Positions 41,694-54,400 of a DNA stretch of 64,000 nucleotides are shown one piece after another (within the stretch, counting starts at the first letter, position 1; the number at the start of each line of letters is the position of its first letter). The position numbers and the translations under genes are program-made. Below the pieces are notes generated by a model. That model saw only the letters and a list, made by a program, of their open reading frames with translations. It had not been told where the DNA came from and searched no databases. The stretch covers positions 1,155,989 to 1,219,988 of the forward strand of contig CAVNZM010000017.1 in NCBI GenBank assembly GCA_963693365.1. Reading direction: 5' to 3'. Origin of the DNA: Amoebidium appalachense. Taxonomy: Eukaryota; Protista; Ichthyosporea.

Positions 41694-43808
41694 TGTCACT
41701 ATTAATACACATATATACTTATACTCGTCTCTATAAAGAAACTCATTTAAATACATATATTTCCTAATAGTCGACACTCTCGAAGTGAAGACACATTGCG
41801 ATAAACCGAATTCCATACATCTCTATTGTGTCCAATCATGACACGTGTATTAATAGACAGGAATGCACAACACGATCTATAGTGTATGAGCGAGATATCC
41901 CTTGGATAGTCGGGCCTATAGACCCCCCTCTCTGATAGACCCCCCTGGCATGCCCCTAGCCTGCCGCACGCATCATGCCAGCTCAGTCTCTCGCTGGCTC
42001 TCTCTCGTTCAGGTCTGATTCTTTCTTGTTGCCACGTGTCGTAGCTCTCCCACGCGTCCGACAATACAGGCTCACCCACGTTATCACGAGGTCAGTGTCT
42101 CTTTGCCTGTCTTGTCTCCTTTCCGTGCCTGGAGCACGTTGACACATGGTAGCAGAAAAGGTTCTTTCCTTAGCGCCCTGAGAGCCCCTACCGTCACGTT
42201 TTCCACTTGTGCCTCTGCTCTGCCAAAAAACTCTTTATTTTTTATTTTTTTTTACTTTTTTCTTCCTTAGCAACCTACCTGCAGACCTTTAGGTTACTTC
42301 TTGTGTGTTTGCTTATGTCTCACCGCTGTTCTTTTCTGCCAAGTTGCCTTGCTGAAGAAGACTTGACTGTTCTTTCGTTTTTGGCTGTTTTTACGTTTTT
42401 TCGTTTTTTTCACCCCATCCGAAACATCTTCCTTTTCCATTGGCTCATTTCCGAAGCCACCTGCCAACGCCCTTTACTTTCGTTTGCGGTATAGTTTCCT
42501 GGCCCCCTGTTGCTACTTTCCTGCTTGACTTTGTACAAACATCCTTGCCTTTACGTTTTTGGCCTGTTTTACGTTTTCCACTTTTGCCTTCACATCCTTA
42601 GCATCTTGCCTTCCCATTGGCTGCCCTGTTGCCCTAACTTCACACTAGCTTTACCTGTATACCGCTGTATGCTGTTTTTGCAAAAAAACACACAACCCAA
42701 TGCACACGAAATTCTGCTGTCAAACAGACCATGATACAATTGCTATACCAACTGCTGTCTACTTTTTGCCTACACAACGAAGCATTGCCTCGCTGAAGGT
42801 CATACACACAGCACAGCCACAATAAATATTACGCTTGCAAGCGGCAAGTTGCTTTAGTTTTCCGCCGCCGATGCTAAAATTAGTCCGACCGTACGTTTTG
42901 TTTTGCCAAAACATAGTCTGCTAGCACCTTTATACCACCCATACTTGCACTTGGCCGCTGTCGCCACCCTTTACACACTTGCTTGCTGATATATGGCCGC
43001 TGTCGCCATTAACACACACTGCTGTGTTGCCGTTGCTGATGCTTGGCCGCTGCTGCCACACATACACTTTGCCTTTGCTTCTCTTGGCCGCCGTTGCCAC
43101 ACGCTTGCGATCACACTAGGCCACTGTTGCCACACCCTGCTTTCACGCTTGACACACTCTAGCCTTTGACCGCTGTGTCACACAAAGCCTTTGTTTTGCA
43201 CTTGCCCGGTTTTGCTCTCATTCCCTTTTGGCCACCGATGCCCCCCCACGTGCAAGCTGCCGTTACCCTAACCCGATAGACTTTAAAAAAAAAAAAAAAA
43301 AAAAAAAAATTTTTTTTATGCATTCGAGCTGCTAGCAATCGAAACGACTCACTGCCCCACGACTGACTGCCTCACTACGTACCAAAAATCACTTTGACTT
43401 ACACTGCAATACCACACCCACAGACCCACACTACCATGGCTAATCCCAACGCTCTGAACAATGCCATTATGGCCCTGCCTGCTGAGCTCCATGCCGCCCC
43501 GCAGCAGCAGGTACAGGAACCTGGCAACCCTGGCACGCCTATATATGTTGCTTCCCCTGATAATAGCGATGATGAAGAAGTCTGGGACCCTGCCTATGGC
43601 CAGGTAGACACTGCTTTGCACCCCCATATTACTGTCCGCCGAAACAAACTGCCCAAAAATGTTGCTGCTGCCCCATTCACCAAAGACAATGAGCCTCATG
43701 CCCCACTTGTGTTTGGCACACAGAATACTGAACTTGTCGCAGTGACAGCATGCCCCAATGACTCAAACAATGACGAAGATTGGATAGATGCACGTTTCTA
43801 TTTCAATG
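41694..43808 (+). mobile_element. 5' part of another LTR retrotransposon (LTR about 41694-42144, PBS-iMet, long leader, start of a gag-like ORF), interrupted by the chromovirus
   Basis: TGTCA...TGACA then ca-TGGTAGCAGA (initiator tRNA-Met PBS) at 42147. The ORF from ATG 43436 (MANPNALNNAIMALP...) runs into the chromovirus LTR. The left LTR boundary is inferred. Confidence 0.6.
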
Positions 43809-44726
43809 TGTCGTATCCTAATGTATGTGTACTAGAGACGCGGCACTCTACTAAGTGTACACACACGAAAAGGAACGAACGTGTACAGAAAAACGGTAAA
43901 GTTTATTAAGACCAGGCTCCGACGGGCAAACTTAGATCCGTACGGATTGAGTCTAAGTTACGACTGAGGCCATCAAGGCCGTGCCCTACAAGATCATCAT
44001 CACCTGGCCCCCTACGATGCCACATTCCATTAACATTCCGATCTACTTTTATCGTGCGCCTGCACGAGCTAAGTCGATCTACTCAACTAATATATTTATC
44101 CAAGTCTCACCCCTCACCCTCCCCCTAGTGGCACCGCAGAGTCTAAATCTACATTTCATACTATCCTCCCCCCCCCCTCCCTCCCCCCCTTTCCTCTACA
44201 TCTAAATATATAAATACGTTTGGCAACATATACTATCAAACCTTGCCAATCCTTACAAAAGGGCTTCTGCCCGAACAATGACATTCCTAAGTCCTCCTAC
44301 GATCTATCCTACACACTAATTAGAATTCTATTGGACGGCTGTCCCGGCTGACGTGGTCCAATGCCCTGCGCCGGCAGAGGCAAGATGCACGCAGCTGTAC
44401 AGCTATCTTGAGGCCCCGGACTTGATCTTGATGATCTGTGGACCCGGGCCACCCCCCCCCCCCCCCCCCCGATCTCGATCGTAGACTTAGGCTAATCTGC
44501 TGAGACGGATTAGTATATGTCAACTCCCCCCCCCGGCCCCCGGAAAAGCTGAGTCCCACCTCAGTCACATTACATCTAACACCCCCTAAAAAGACATAGA
44601 CTAATCAGTCTCCTAAAAAAAATTAAATTAAATAAATTACGAAGAAAAATAATAAATTAATCTACACCATAAGCTTGATACCTACGGAGACACCTATGAT
44701 AATAAATTAAATTCCTACGACTACGT

Positions 44727-46523
44727 TCACACTCCTCCTCGGTCTCCCTCCCCCCTCCCTCCCCCTCCCCCCGTGTGTCTACGTGTATTTGCATCACTCC
44801 CCCCCCCCCGGCCCCCTCCCCCCACCGACTTTTTCACACCACGATTAAACTGAGGAATAACTCTCTTTGGCCGAGAGGGAGCACTAGGCAACTCCCTCTG
44901 CACTAATCTAGCCTCATAAGCACGAATAGAAAACGGGCAATCCAAATGAAACTCAGGCAACCACTGATCTTCCTGATAACCTCCCTCAAAACGAATTAAA
45001 TAATAATTTACCTTACCTTCCTTACCTTCGATAACCTTTTTATCCATAATTTTATCTACTGCAGCCTCCGATACATCCACCGACCCGTCATAGTCGGGGG
45101 TGAATGCATCTAACACTCGACGGCCCTCCGGCCGTTTAACCCTAAGGGCCCTATCATAATATTCCTTTATATCATCTACATTATAAAATCTAACATCACT
45201 CTCATTATCTAACCTCTGCACCTTATATTCCGTCGGACCTAACCTAGCCACTATTTTATACGGACCGATAAAAAGAGGCAACCATTTCTTACCATACTTA
45301 CGAAGACCTTCACCTTCACCCTTACCTTCCTGCTCCTGCTTATATCTCTTCTTCCTAGTATGATCCCTAATTAAAACTAAAGTACCCTCGGCAAATTCAC
45401 GTAACGGACGTGTGGACACGTCTGTACGTGCCTGTGCCTGCTGTGTACGGGCCAGAGCTGCATCACGTGCAGCCCGGGCCCGGGTTAGTAGCTGCTCCCG
45501 GAACTCAGTCCAGTGGGGATAAGTTAGTCGGTCAGCCCCCCCCATCGGCAAAAGTGCCGTATCTAACAAACTAATAGCCTCCTGCCCATAGACCAAATAA
45601 AACGGAGAAAAACCAGTCACAGCATGAGGGGTAGAATTATATGAATGAGCAATAAACCTAGACATATGATCCCAATCATTAGCCTCCACATCCACCATTT
45701 TGCCAAAGGACTTCTGAAACACTGCATGCACACGTTCAGAGATGGCATTTGCTTGAGGGTGATATGCAGACGTAGTGATATGAGCTACCCTTAAAATTTT
45801 ACACACCTCCGACACCAACTGATTTAAAAACACACGACTCCTATCCGTTAACAAAACACGAGGACAACCAAACCTAAGACAAATTTCATCCACAAAAATA
45901 CGAGCAAACAAAACGGCATTAGCAGTGGGGAGAGGAAAAACTTCAACCCAACGAGTGGCCACATCGGTGACGGTAACAAGAACAGTGTTACCCTCAACCG
46001 TAGAATTAAAAGGACCGACCACATCCACTGCTACCCTTTCAAACATACGAACATTAAAATCCCTAATAAACGACGGGCGGGAACGAGAGTGGGGACTCTC
46101 ATTCCTTTCCTGACAATGCATGCATGACAACACATAATCCCTCACCTCCCTACTCATACCCGGCCAAAAATACGAACGATTAACACGAAGCAACGTCCTA
46201 TTTACACCTAAATGACCAGCCATGGGATGCTCATGCACCATATGCAAAACCTCAGGCACAAGTGCCGTCGGGACCCAAACTCGGTGTCCGTCTGGCCCAG
46301 AACAATGATAAACTAAATCCTGCTCTACCTGACACATTTTTGCTAACTTAGCTACCTTAATCATCTGCCTTTTATTTGTAAATTTAATCGAATCAACCGG
46401 CCCCTTTAAATAATTCTTAACCAGACCAATCAACACATCTTCCTCCTGAGCTAAGATCAAAGCCGTAGGTGCTAAGGCAGGGGCCGAGCCATGAGACTCG
46501 GTCCCGACCTCAGACACCGACAA
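44727..46523 (-). CDS. Gypsy integrase with C-terminal chromodomain (pol segment)
   Basis: HEHPMAGH...CMHC zinc finger; VAVDVVGP, LLTD, YHPQANAISER catalytic core; GPY motif; VDKIMDKK...YYLIRFEG...DQWLPEFHL chromodomain. Confidence 0.92.
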   Translation of the reverse strand: MSVSEVGTESHGSAPALAPTALILAQEEDVLIGLVKNYLKGPVDSIKFTNKRQMIKVAKLAKMCQVEQDLVYHCSGPDGHRVWVPTALVPEVLHMVHEHPMAGHLGVNRTLLRVNRSYFWPGMSREVRDYVLSCMHCQERNESPHSRSRPSFIRDFNVRMFERVAVDVVGPFNSTVEGNTVLVTVTDVATRWVEVFPLPTANAVLFARIFVDEICLRFGCPRVLLTDRSRVFLNQLVSEVCKILRVAHITTSAYHPQANAISERVHAVFQKSFGKMVDVEANDWDHMSRFIAHSYNSTPHAVTGFSPFYLVYGQEAISLLDTALLPMGGADRLTYPHWTEFREQLLTRARAARDAALARTQQAQARTDVSTRPLREFAEGTLVLIRDHTRKKRYKQEQEGKGEGEGLRKYGKKWLPLFIGPYKIVARLGPTEYKVQRLDNESDVRFYNVDDIKEYYDRALRVKRPEGRRVLDAFTPDYDGSVDVSEAAVDKIMDKKVIEGKEGKVNYYLIRFEGGYQEDQWLPEFHLDCPFSIRAYEARLVQRELPSAPSRPKRVIPQFNRGVKKSVGGGGRGGGSDANTRRHTGGGGGRGEGDRGGV

Positions 46524-46616
46524 ATACCTCCCCCCCCCCCTCTCCTACACTTATAAGCAAGCAACCCCGGAACCCAAGAAGACACATCCACAGACACAGC
46601 ATCTATTCCTTTCTGC

Positions 46617-48077
46617 TCACTCGCCCCCCCTTCCCCCCCTCCCCCCCCCGTCTCTCACTATCCCCCCCTCCCCCTCCTTCTCTTCTTCAAACAAAATATA
46701 AGCAGCACGAGAGAGAGCATCACAGTCGACCATTGTTTCACCCTTGGCATAAAACAATTTATAGGAGAACTCACCGAGAGCCGCGGCCCACTTCTGCATC
46801 CTCTCGTTGACCAGACGAGTGGTGCCGGCCATGGCTAGGCAGGGCTTGTGGTCGGTGTAGACCTCAAACGTCCTGCCTGCGAGTATATACCTCCATGCCT
46901 GTGAGACTGCCCAAAAGATAGCATGGGACTCTCTCTCCGGATTGCTATATCTACGTTCACTTTTACTAAATGAACGACTAGCATAAGCAATCACTCTATC
47001 CTGCCCCTCCTGCACTTGATATAACACGGCCCCCTCAGCAACCTTACTTGCATCGCACCGAACTTTAAACATCCCCCCCCCGGCCGAAAAATCAGGATGA
47101 ACAAGCATACTCGAAGACTGCAAAGCTAACTTAAGCTTTTCGAAAGCAGAAACAGCATCAACATTCCAATCTATTCTATTCTTCTTCTCCCCCCCCGTCT
47201 GACTAGTTAACGGCAAAGCAAGCATACTATAGTCCTTAATATAACGACGAAGATAATTAGTTAAACCTAAAAATTGCCTTAGTTGAGTGACAGTCTGAGG
47301 ACGGGGCCACTCAACTATGGCCCGGATTTTCTCCGGATCAGGGGAAAGACCATTACTAGACACAATATGACCTAAAAACTTAACCTCCGGCACACCAATC
47401 ACAGTCTTGCTACCGCTAATACGAAGACCAGACTCACCCAAAGCTAAAAATACTTTTTCACAATTATTAACTAACTCCTCAAATGACCTACCTTTAATTA
47501 AAACATCATCCAAATAAGGGTGGCATACATCCAAATGAGGGTGGAGAATTTTATACATTACCCGGCACAACATAGCTGGAGAGGAGAGCAAACCCATCGG
47601 CACCACCTTGTACTGGAACAGCTGGTCACCCAGTGCAAAGGCAGTCTTCTCCTTGCTGCTCTCCTCCAACCTTATCTGCCAAAAAGCTGCTTTTAAATCA
47701 AGTTTAGCAAAGTGAGTATAGCCGTGCAGCTGTGAAAGCTGCTCGTCTATGTTAGGGAGAGGCCATTGGTCTGCCTTAGTGATCCGATTCAGAGCCCTGT
47801 AATCGTTCACTAGGCGCCAAGACCCGTCGGGCTTCTTAACCAATAGCACCGGACTTCTCCACGGACTCGAACTATGCTCCACATGACCCTTTTTTAACAT
47901 ATCACTCACTATTATTAGCGCATCCGACAATTTATACTGCTCCATTCTATAGCTAGGCATCACTACCGGCCTATTATCACCTGTGTCGATCTGCATTTCA
48001 AACCCTTTAACGAAGCCTACTTCGTTATCATCGGCCAGAAATGCAAACCGAGTCCTATCAAATAACTTAGCTAGCAA
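46617..48077 (-). CDS. Gypsy reverse transcriptase and RNase H (pol segment)
   Basis: SPVLLVKKPDGSWRLVNDYRALN, LDLKAAFWQI, PMGL, YLDD, CDAS, VYTDHKP, DALSR. Confidence 0.95.
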   Translation of the reverse strand: MLAKLFDRTRFAFLADDNEVGFVKGFEMQIDTGDNRPVVMPSYRMEQYKLSDALIIVSDMLKKGHVEHSSSPWRSPVLLVKKPDGSWRLVNDYRALNRITKADQWPLPNIDEQLSQLHGYTHFAKLDLKAAFWQIRLEESSKEKTAFALGDQLFQYKVVPMGLLSSPAMLCRVMYKILHPHLDVCHPYLDDVLIKGRSFEELVNNCEKVFLALGESGLRISGSKTVIGVPEVKFLGHIVSSNGLSPDPEKIRAIVEWPRPQTVTQLRQFLGLTNYLRRYIKDYSMLALPLTSQTGGEKKNRIDWNVDAVSAFEKLKLALQSSSMLVHPDFSAGGGMFKVRCDASKVAEGAVLYQVQEGQDRVIAYASRSFSKSERRYSNPERESHAIFWAVSQAWRYILAGRTFEVYTDHKPCLAMAGTTRLVNERMQKWAAALGEFSYKLFYAKGETMVDCDALSRAAYILFEEEKEGEGGIVRDGGGRGGRGGE

Positions 48078-48393
48078 TTTTTTTCTGTTCTACCGTCCAA
48101 TCCCCCTCCTTCATACCAAACGGCAATACTAACTCCGGGTTACCCCCATCACAAGTGGATGCATCCTTATTCACCGGAGTGCCACTTAACATTTCACCTC
48201 CTGTATTACATCGGTGCTGCTCGGGGTGAGGTTGAGGTACCTCCGGATATAGGCGGTCACCCTTAGCACCCCCCTCCCCCCGGCACACCAATGCCCCCGG
48301 GCAATTCCTGATGAGTTAGTGCATGTATGTGGGGGGCCAGGTCTGTGGCCACCCTGCCCCCCACGGTGTTGGTTAACCCGTCAGATCCACGGG

Positions 48394-49380
48394 TTAGACC
48401 AACACCCTCCCCCCTGCCTGCACATTCTCACACCCGGGGTGACCCTCCTTCCTCTTGGGGGTCGGGGGAGTGGGACCGGTGCTGTCCCGGTCCCCCCCCC
48501 CATCGTGTCGGGTGACATTTTGGTGGCTAACGTTAAATAAAGTTGTTCCCCCTCCTCCTGAGTCACCCTTCGAGCCGGCATCCTCCTTTTGGGTAATAAG
48601 AGAGACCTCTATACTACCAATCTCATTAGTGAAACTACCGACGGAAACACCTGACCTAATCACTATAGGCTCGATGCCCGGATTCACTAATTCTATTTCT
48701 ATTGTCTTATCCGGCCATACCCTACTAAGGGTCCATTGGGCCACCTCCTGAAATGGGGTTTTCGGAGTAAAAACCCCTAAATCCCCTATCCTAACATGAT
48801 TGCCGGCCCGGACACGTACCGTTTGGCACTGATAAGGCTCGATTACTACTTCAGCTACCGTTCTAGCACCAGACTGATAACCGTCGAGCCCATCATGGGT
48901 TTTAATTTTAACGCCGGACTGCAATTCTAAAACATTCGTACGTTCAAACAAAGCATTCACATGTCTACGGAAAAATGGGGCTCCCAACAAAACACTTTGA
49001 GCTAAATCCTTAACCACATAACAAGCAATATGCATAGCCTGGCCACCTATCTCACACGGCAACACACAAACACCTTCCACAGACATACTACTATTATTAG
49101 CACTACCTAAGGCTGTGCTAGAAGCATCTAATATAGGAATTTCCCCCCCGGCCTGATTAAAACGACGAATAAACGAAGCATGCACACAATTAACCTGAGC
49201 CCCTCCATCGAGCAAAGCAACAGCCTTCAACTTACCATCAGCTAACCATACGTCTATATAATGCCGGCTAAAACCAACTAAATCCTCCTCCAATTCAAGC
49301 AACACATCATCACTCACTCCCAATCCCTGCCCACGAAGACTCACACCCTCGATACCTACGTGCAACATACCTACCTGTGG
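48394..49380 (-). CDS. Gypsy aspartic protease region (pol segment)
   Basis: ALLDGGAQVNCV...VLLGAPFF. Confidence 0.85.
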   Translation of the reverse strand, partial: PQVGMLHVGIEGVSLRGQGLGVSDDVLLELEEDLVGFSRHYIDVWLADGKLKAVALLDGGAQVNCVHASFIRRFNQAGGEIPILDASSTALGSANNSSMSVEGVCVLPCEIGGQAMHIACYVVKDLAQSVLLGAPFFRRHVNALFERTNVLELQSGVKIKTHDGLDGYQSGARTVAEVVIEPYQCQTVRVRAGNHVRIGDLGVFTPKTPFQEVAQWTLSRVWPDKTIEIELVNPGIEPIVIRSGVSVGSFTNEIGSIEVSLITQKEDAGSKGDSGGGGTTLFNVSHQNVTRHDGGGDRDSTGPTPPTPKRKEGHPGCENVQAGGRVLV

Positions 49381-49951
49381 TGCCTGCACGGGTGGGGTGG
49401 GGTGTGTATGTGATGTGGGTGGTGGTGGAGTGTGTGTGTGTGATGTGTGGGTGGGTGGTGTGTGTGTGTGTGGTGTATGTGTGGGTGTGTGTGTGGGTGT
49501 AGGTGTGTCTGCAACCGTCGTATGTTGTTGTGGTGGTGTGTTTCTATGTGTCTGTGCCTTCCCCCCCCTTCCCCCTTTACTCGTGTGTGTCCCCCCCCTC
49601 CCGGAAACAATGGCACAGAAACCCCCTCCGGTGTGGTTAGAACAAACACCGGGTTGGGACAAGAAACACTGAGACCATCCACTTGTGGCTGGGGAACCTC
49701 CCCCAACCACAAAACATTCACACCATTCATACCTTTGGTAGAGTCACCCCACAAACATTCATGCCATACCACCTCGACGCTGTCTTGAGGACCCACGACG
49801 ATGCCCGGCTCCCACACGTATCGGGGCGGTGAGGGGGCAAAGGGAAGCTTAACCTGGGGTGGGGGAGGGTGAAGGTTCTCTGCAACCTGGGGGGGACCGA
49901 TACTGTCCCCCCCCCTCCCTCAGTGACCCCAGCTTCCCCCTCCCCCGGAAC

Positions 49952-51288
49952 TCAATAGCTCTTGTAACTACGGCAATATGCAGCAGAGTGCCCTTGCCGG
50001 CCACAAAAGTAACATGCACCAAAGAAGGGGCCAGGGGGGACTTCAAAACCTTGGCGCAAAGCATAACCGGGAGCCCGGTCATGCTGGGGGGGCCCACCGT
50101 GTGCACCACGGCCCCCCCTTCCCCCCTGCCCCCCTCGGCCTCTCTCACCACCATTTCCACCCCTCCCTCTACCCTGCCCACCACCACGAGCAAGATAAGG
50201 GGCAAACCTCTCGGTGAACTGCTGCTGTTGTCCTCCACGTCCACCTCGGCCACGACCGCCGTGTCCACCCCGGTCGCCGCCACGGCCACCTCGGAAGCCG
50301 AAGCCCCCTCGGCCAGAAAAGACGGCCTGGGAGAGCTCGGCAACCTGCTTGACCAACATGGTGAGTGCATCTGGCTGTTCACCCTCTTTTTTTCTCTTTT
50401 TCCCCCCTTCTGTCCACTCTCCTTCTTTTTCTTGTCTACTTCCATCACCTCCTTTTTATCCCTCTTATTGAACTTCACCTCGTGCATGGCAAGCAAGTGA
50501 CGTTTAACATGCAACACCACCTCATCTACATCATCATGCTCCCCAAACATGCGTGCAGTGTCTGTGTTTACAGAGAGAGCCTTACGAGCAAACTCGAATT
50601 TTTCCCTATCACTCACGTCACCAGCTAACTCACAAAGGTCCTCAAAGACCCGATATTCCCTCTCAAAGAATGCACGAGCTTCTACGGGGGACATATCTAG
50701 TGTGGGAAAGGTATACTTCCATTCTCTGAGCTGGGCCCGGAAGGTACGGCGCCGGTCGGCCGTCAGGTATCGGCCGACGAGCCGGGCCGTATACTCGAGC
50801 TCGTTTTCCGGCCGTGTGAAGGCCTCGAGCTCCCCGTCCACGTCGTCGGTGCTGTTCTCGTCCTCGTCGTCGGGGATGAACCGTGCGGCCAGACGTTTCT
50901 GGCCGAGTGTCCGGGACACCATCTCGTCCCTCCCCTCGTCGTACTGCTGCTCGTATATACGAGCCGTCACCTGGGGGGCCTGCTCGGCCCGGTACGGGTG
51001 CTCCTCCATCAGGGTGCATAAGTCGGCCATTGTTTTGTGGTCGATGCACTGTTTGATCATTAAGCACGAGGCCGCCACAGTGGGGGCCTTCTTTGTGTCT
51101 AACACTAGTGTGGGTGTGTTAGCTAGGAGTGTCCTAAGCCACCTAGGGATTTCCGAGTCGTGTTTGAGTGTAAAACTGAAAGCTGTGGTCTGTCTAACGT
51201 CTAGTGTATGAACCTGTTGTACCTGTGTGTGCAGGGAGCTATCCTCCGCTGCCAATGCGTAGAACATGTCTACGTTAAACTTAGCCAT
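49952..51288 (-). CDS. Gypsy Gag (frameshifted near 50390) with RGG-rich region and CCHC zinc knuckle
   Basis: ORF 51288-49849 (MAKFNVDMF...) continues in frame 50359-49952 with GGRGG repeats and CYFCGRQGHSAAYC. Confidence 0.8.
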
Positions 51289-51491
51289 TGTGTGGTGTGT
51301 GCCCTAACTCGTGTGGTTGTGTTTATGGTTTTTTTTTTTTTTTTTTTTTTTTTTTTGTGTGTGTTTGAGGTGTAGCAACAGCCCAGAAGGAACTGTCACC
51401 GCGTTACCCTAGCGCGAAAAACCGCACTAAAAGAAAGGTGTAGCTGTCGTATCCTAATGTATGTGTACTAGAGACGCGGCACTCTACTAAG

Positions 51492-54400
51492 TGTTAATTT
51501 TTATAAGTATTTGGGATGTAAGCAGAGACACAGTGGTGCAGTGTGAAAACACCACAGACACACACAACAACAAAACACGGAACGATCGGAGCAGTGTACA
51601 CAACAGACATCAATGTTTAGACACGACTAAACTGAATTTATTCTGATCTTCGAATAAATACCTGAAATTCCTCTAAGTCCAATCCATACATGATTTCCGA
51701 CCAGTCGGAAATCAGATCCATCTCTAATAGAAACCAATCACTAATAACCAATTGCTTTCAGAGAGATCCGGTACGCGGAGGCGTACACGATAGGACACAG
51801 ACACTAGTTAGGATCAACTCGTGTCATCATCAAGGAAGTTCTAACCTATGACATACTGCAAAGACTCAGACATATCACACTTAACCTTGATGATTGGTTA
51901 AAGCCCGGCAACACATGAAAACTAAAGTGAATTAATGAAGTCTAAACACACATGCTATTCTAAGTGTAGCCTAAGTGTGTTACCGTCCAATGAACACGTA
52001 TTAAGTAACACAAATCTACCTAACATATATTAGTGAGAAAAGAAATACGATTATACACATGAAGACAAGGAGAGAAAGAAAGAGAAAATAAGGAAGGAGA
52101 AAGAGGAAGGAAAAGAGAGCACAGATCAACAAACAAGATAGTAATAGCATAACTATAACCAGAGATATTTATGTACACACGAACATGTACACGTCTCTCC
52201 CTGAGTGGGTGGATCCGTGTACACACATATAAATATTCTAATCGATATTACAATACACGATTAAAGCCGATACAACACGATTACAAGTATACAAGCATAT
52301 CGGAGATCGATGCTACACTTTACATAATAGGAGTGTGGCATTTACACTAAGCATATGAACTGAAACATAACACAAACTGAGAAGATCTTACCATATGTAA
52401 ATACTACGTATTACAACATCCCCACTTAAGACTTTGAAGTTTGTGTTATCATATCCCCACTGAACTAGTGAAATCTCCCCACTTGAGAACAGAAACGGAA
52501 AAAAAAAATTAAAGTGTGTACTTTTCCCGGGGGGGGGGGGGGGAGAGGGGGGGGGAGGGGGGGAAGGGGGGGGGGGGAAGGGGGGGGGAAGGGGGGGGGG
52601 AAGGGGGGGGGGGGGGGAAGGGAACCGGGGCAAAAACAACGAATATATATAACGTGTATAGGCGGTGTTTGATTAACTGGGTTTTAAACCAGTGAAAGAT
52701 AGAGTAGAGTGATGGTACAGGTCAAACCTTATATATAAACCCTAAGTGGGCATACCCACAAAGGCAATACATATGATATAATGATGTTGATAAAGTAAGT
52801 AGTACACATGAGAAAATCACTCTTGAAGTAGGTCGGGTCAATCCACAATATCCGGTAAACAAAGTCGAGCACGATGGTGGACATGACTCGGGCCGGGGAG
52901 GGGTTTGGTGAGTATGTCAGCTAAGTTGTGGGCTGACTCAACGTAGTGGACAACCACGTCCCCACTGGCAATGTAGTCCTTGGTGTTGTGATACCGGACG
53001 GCAATGTGTTTGGTACGGTGCTTGATGCCGGTGGAGTTGACGATGGCAATGGTCGACTGGTTGTCACAGTACACCGGAGTCGGAGCAAGCATGGGACAGC
53101 CGAGTTCCTTGAAGAGGTCACGGACCCAAGCAACTTCTTGGGTGCCAGCATTGAGAGCAATCAGCTCAGCTTCAGTGGTGCTGGTGGCCGTGATGGGCTG
53201 GAGCTTGGAGTACCAGATGACGGGCATACCAGCAAACACGATAATGTAGCCGGTGGTAGACTTCTTGCTGTCGGCACAACCAGCAAAGTCAGCATCCGTG
53301 TAGCATTCGAGTATGGGGGACTGGGTGGCCGAGTACTTGTAGTCAATGCCAAGGTCAATGGTGCCGAGCAGGTACCGGGCCACACGACGGAGAAGGTCCC
53401 AGTGAGTCTTGCCGGGGTTGGTGCTGAACCGACCAAGGAAGCCGATGGCATAGGCAATGTCGGGACGTGTGCACCGTGCCACCCAGAGGAGACGGCCGAG
53501 TAACTCACGGTAGGGCACGGTGAACGGTTGGGGGGGGCAATCAGCCAGGGAGACGGTGGTGCCTGCAGGGATGGGGGTAGACTTGGACTTGGCATCGGTG
53601 AGGTTGAAGTCGTGGATGATATCCATGATGTAAGACCTCTGGTGCATGTGGAGGTGATGGGGATCAGAGTGATTAAAATCAACACCGAGCATACGGTCAA
53701 ATGGACTCATACGACAGCTGGCCATCTTGCTGATGTGGGCAGCCAGGTCACTGGCAGCAGTAGAACCCCGGGTGTTGGTGATGGTGGAGTCATCGACGTA
53801 GTTACCAGCCCGTACCACATCGTTGTTGGGGAAGAACCGGAGGTAGATGCACGGGTCGGTCTTAGTACGGGTCAGGCCATGGGCAAGAAGAATGCCGTCG
53901 AGGAAGTCGTACCAAGCCTTGGAGGCTTGCTTGAGGCCGTACAGGGCTTTCTTGAGTCTCCAGACCTTGCCAAGTGTGGCCATGGTGATGAATCCCGGGG
54001 GTTGTTTCATGTAGATGGTCTCGGTGAGTGGGCTGTTGAGAAAGGCCGTAGACACGTCGAGTTGATGTATGTCATGACCTTCAACAACGGCCAGAGCTAG
54101 GATGGCACGGAGAGCAGCCGGACGGATGACAGGGCTCTCAATCAACTCATAGTCAACACCGTATTGCTGACTGAAGCCTTGAGCAACACCACGTGCCTTG
54201 ATCTTGGTGTCACCAGCCGAGTTGAGAGTTTTCTCGGAGACAATCCACTTGAAGCCGACGATGTTAGCACCAGGGGGAGGGTCAACAAGTTCAAAGATGT
54301 CTTTGTCGACGAAGGCTTGATACTCAGCAGTCAGGGCTGACTTGACCTGATCACCATTGGGTCCGGAACAGAGTTGACGGACAAGTTTGGGTAGTTGGTC

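Larger units (their letters stand above)
43809..51491 (-). mobile_element. Ty3/Gypsy chromovirus LTR retrotransposon; 5' LTR interrupted by Copia
   Basis: 3' LTR about 43809-44522, with PPT ggggggggggag-t upstream on the minus strand. The same LTR end recurs at 51445-51491. Order is gag-PR-RT-RH-IN-chromodomain. Confidence 0.9.

Noticed and set aside
42950-43250. Possible CRISPR-like repeat-spacer array
   Set aside because: Repeats are short and degenerate, spacers resemble each other and spacing is irregular.
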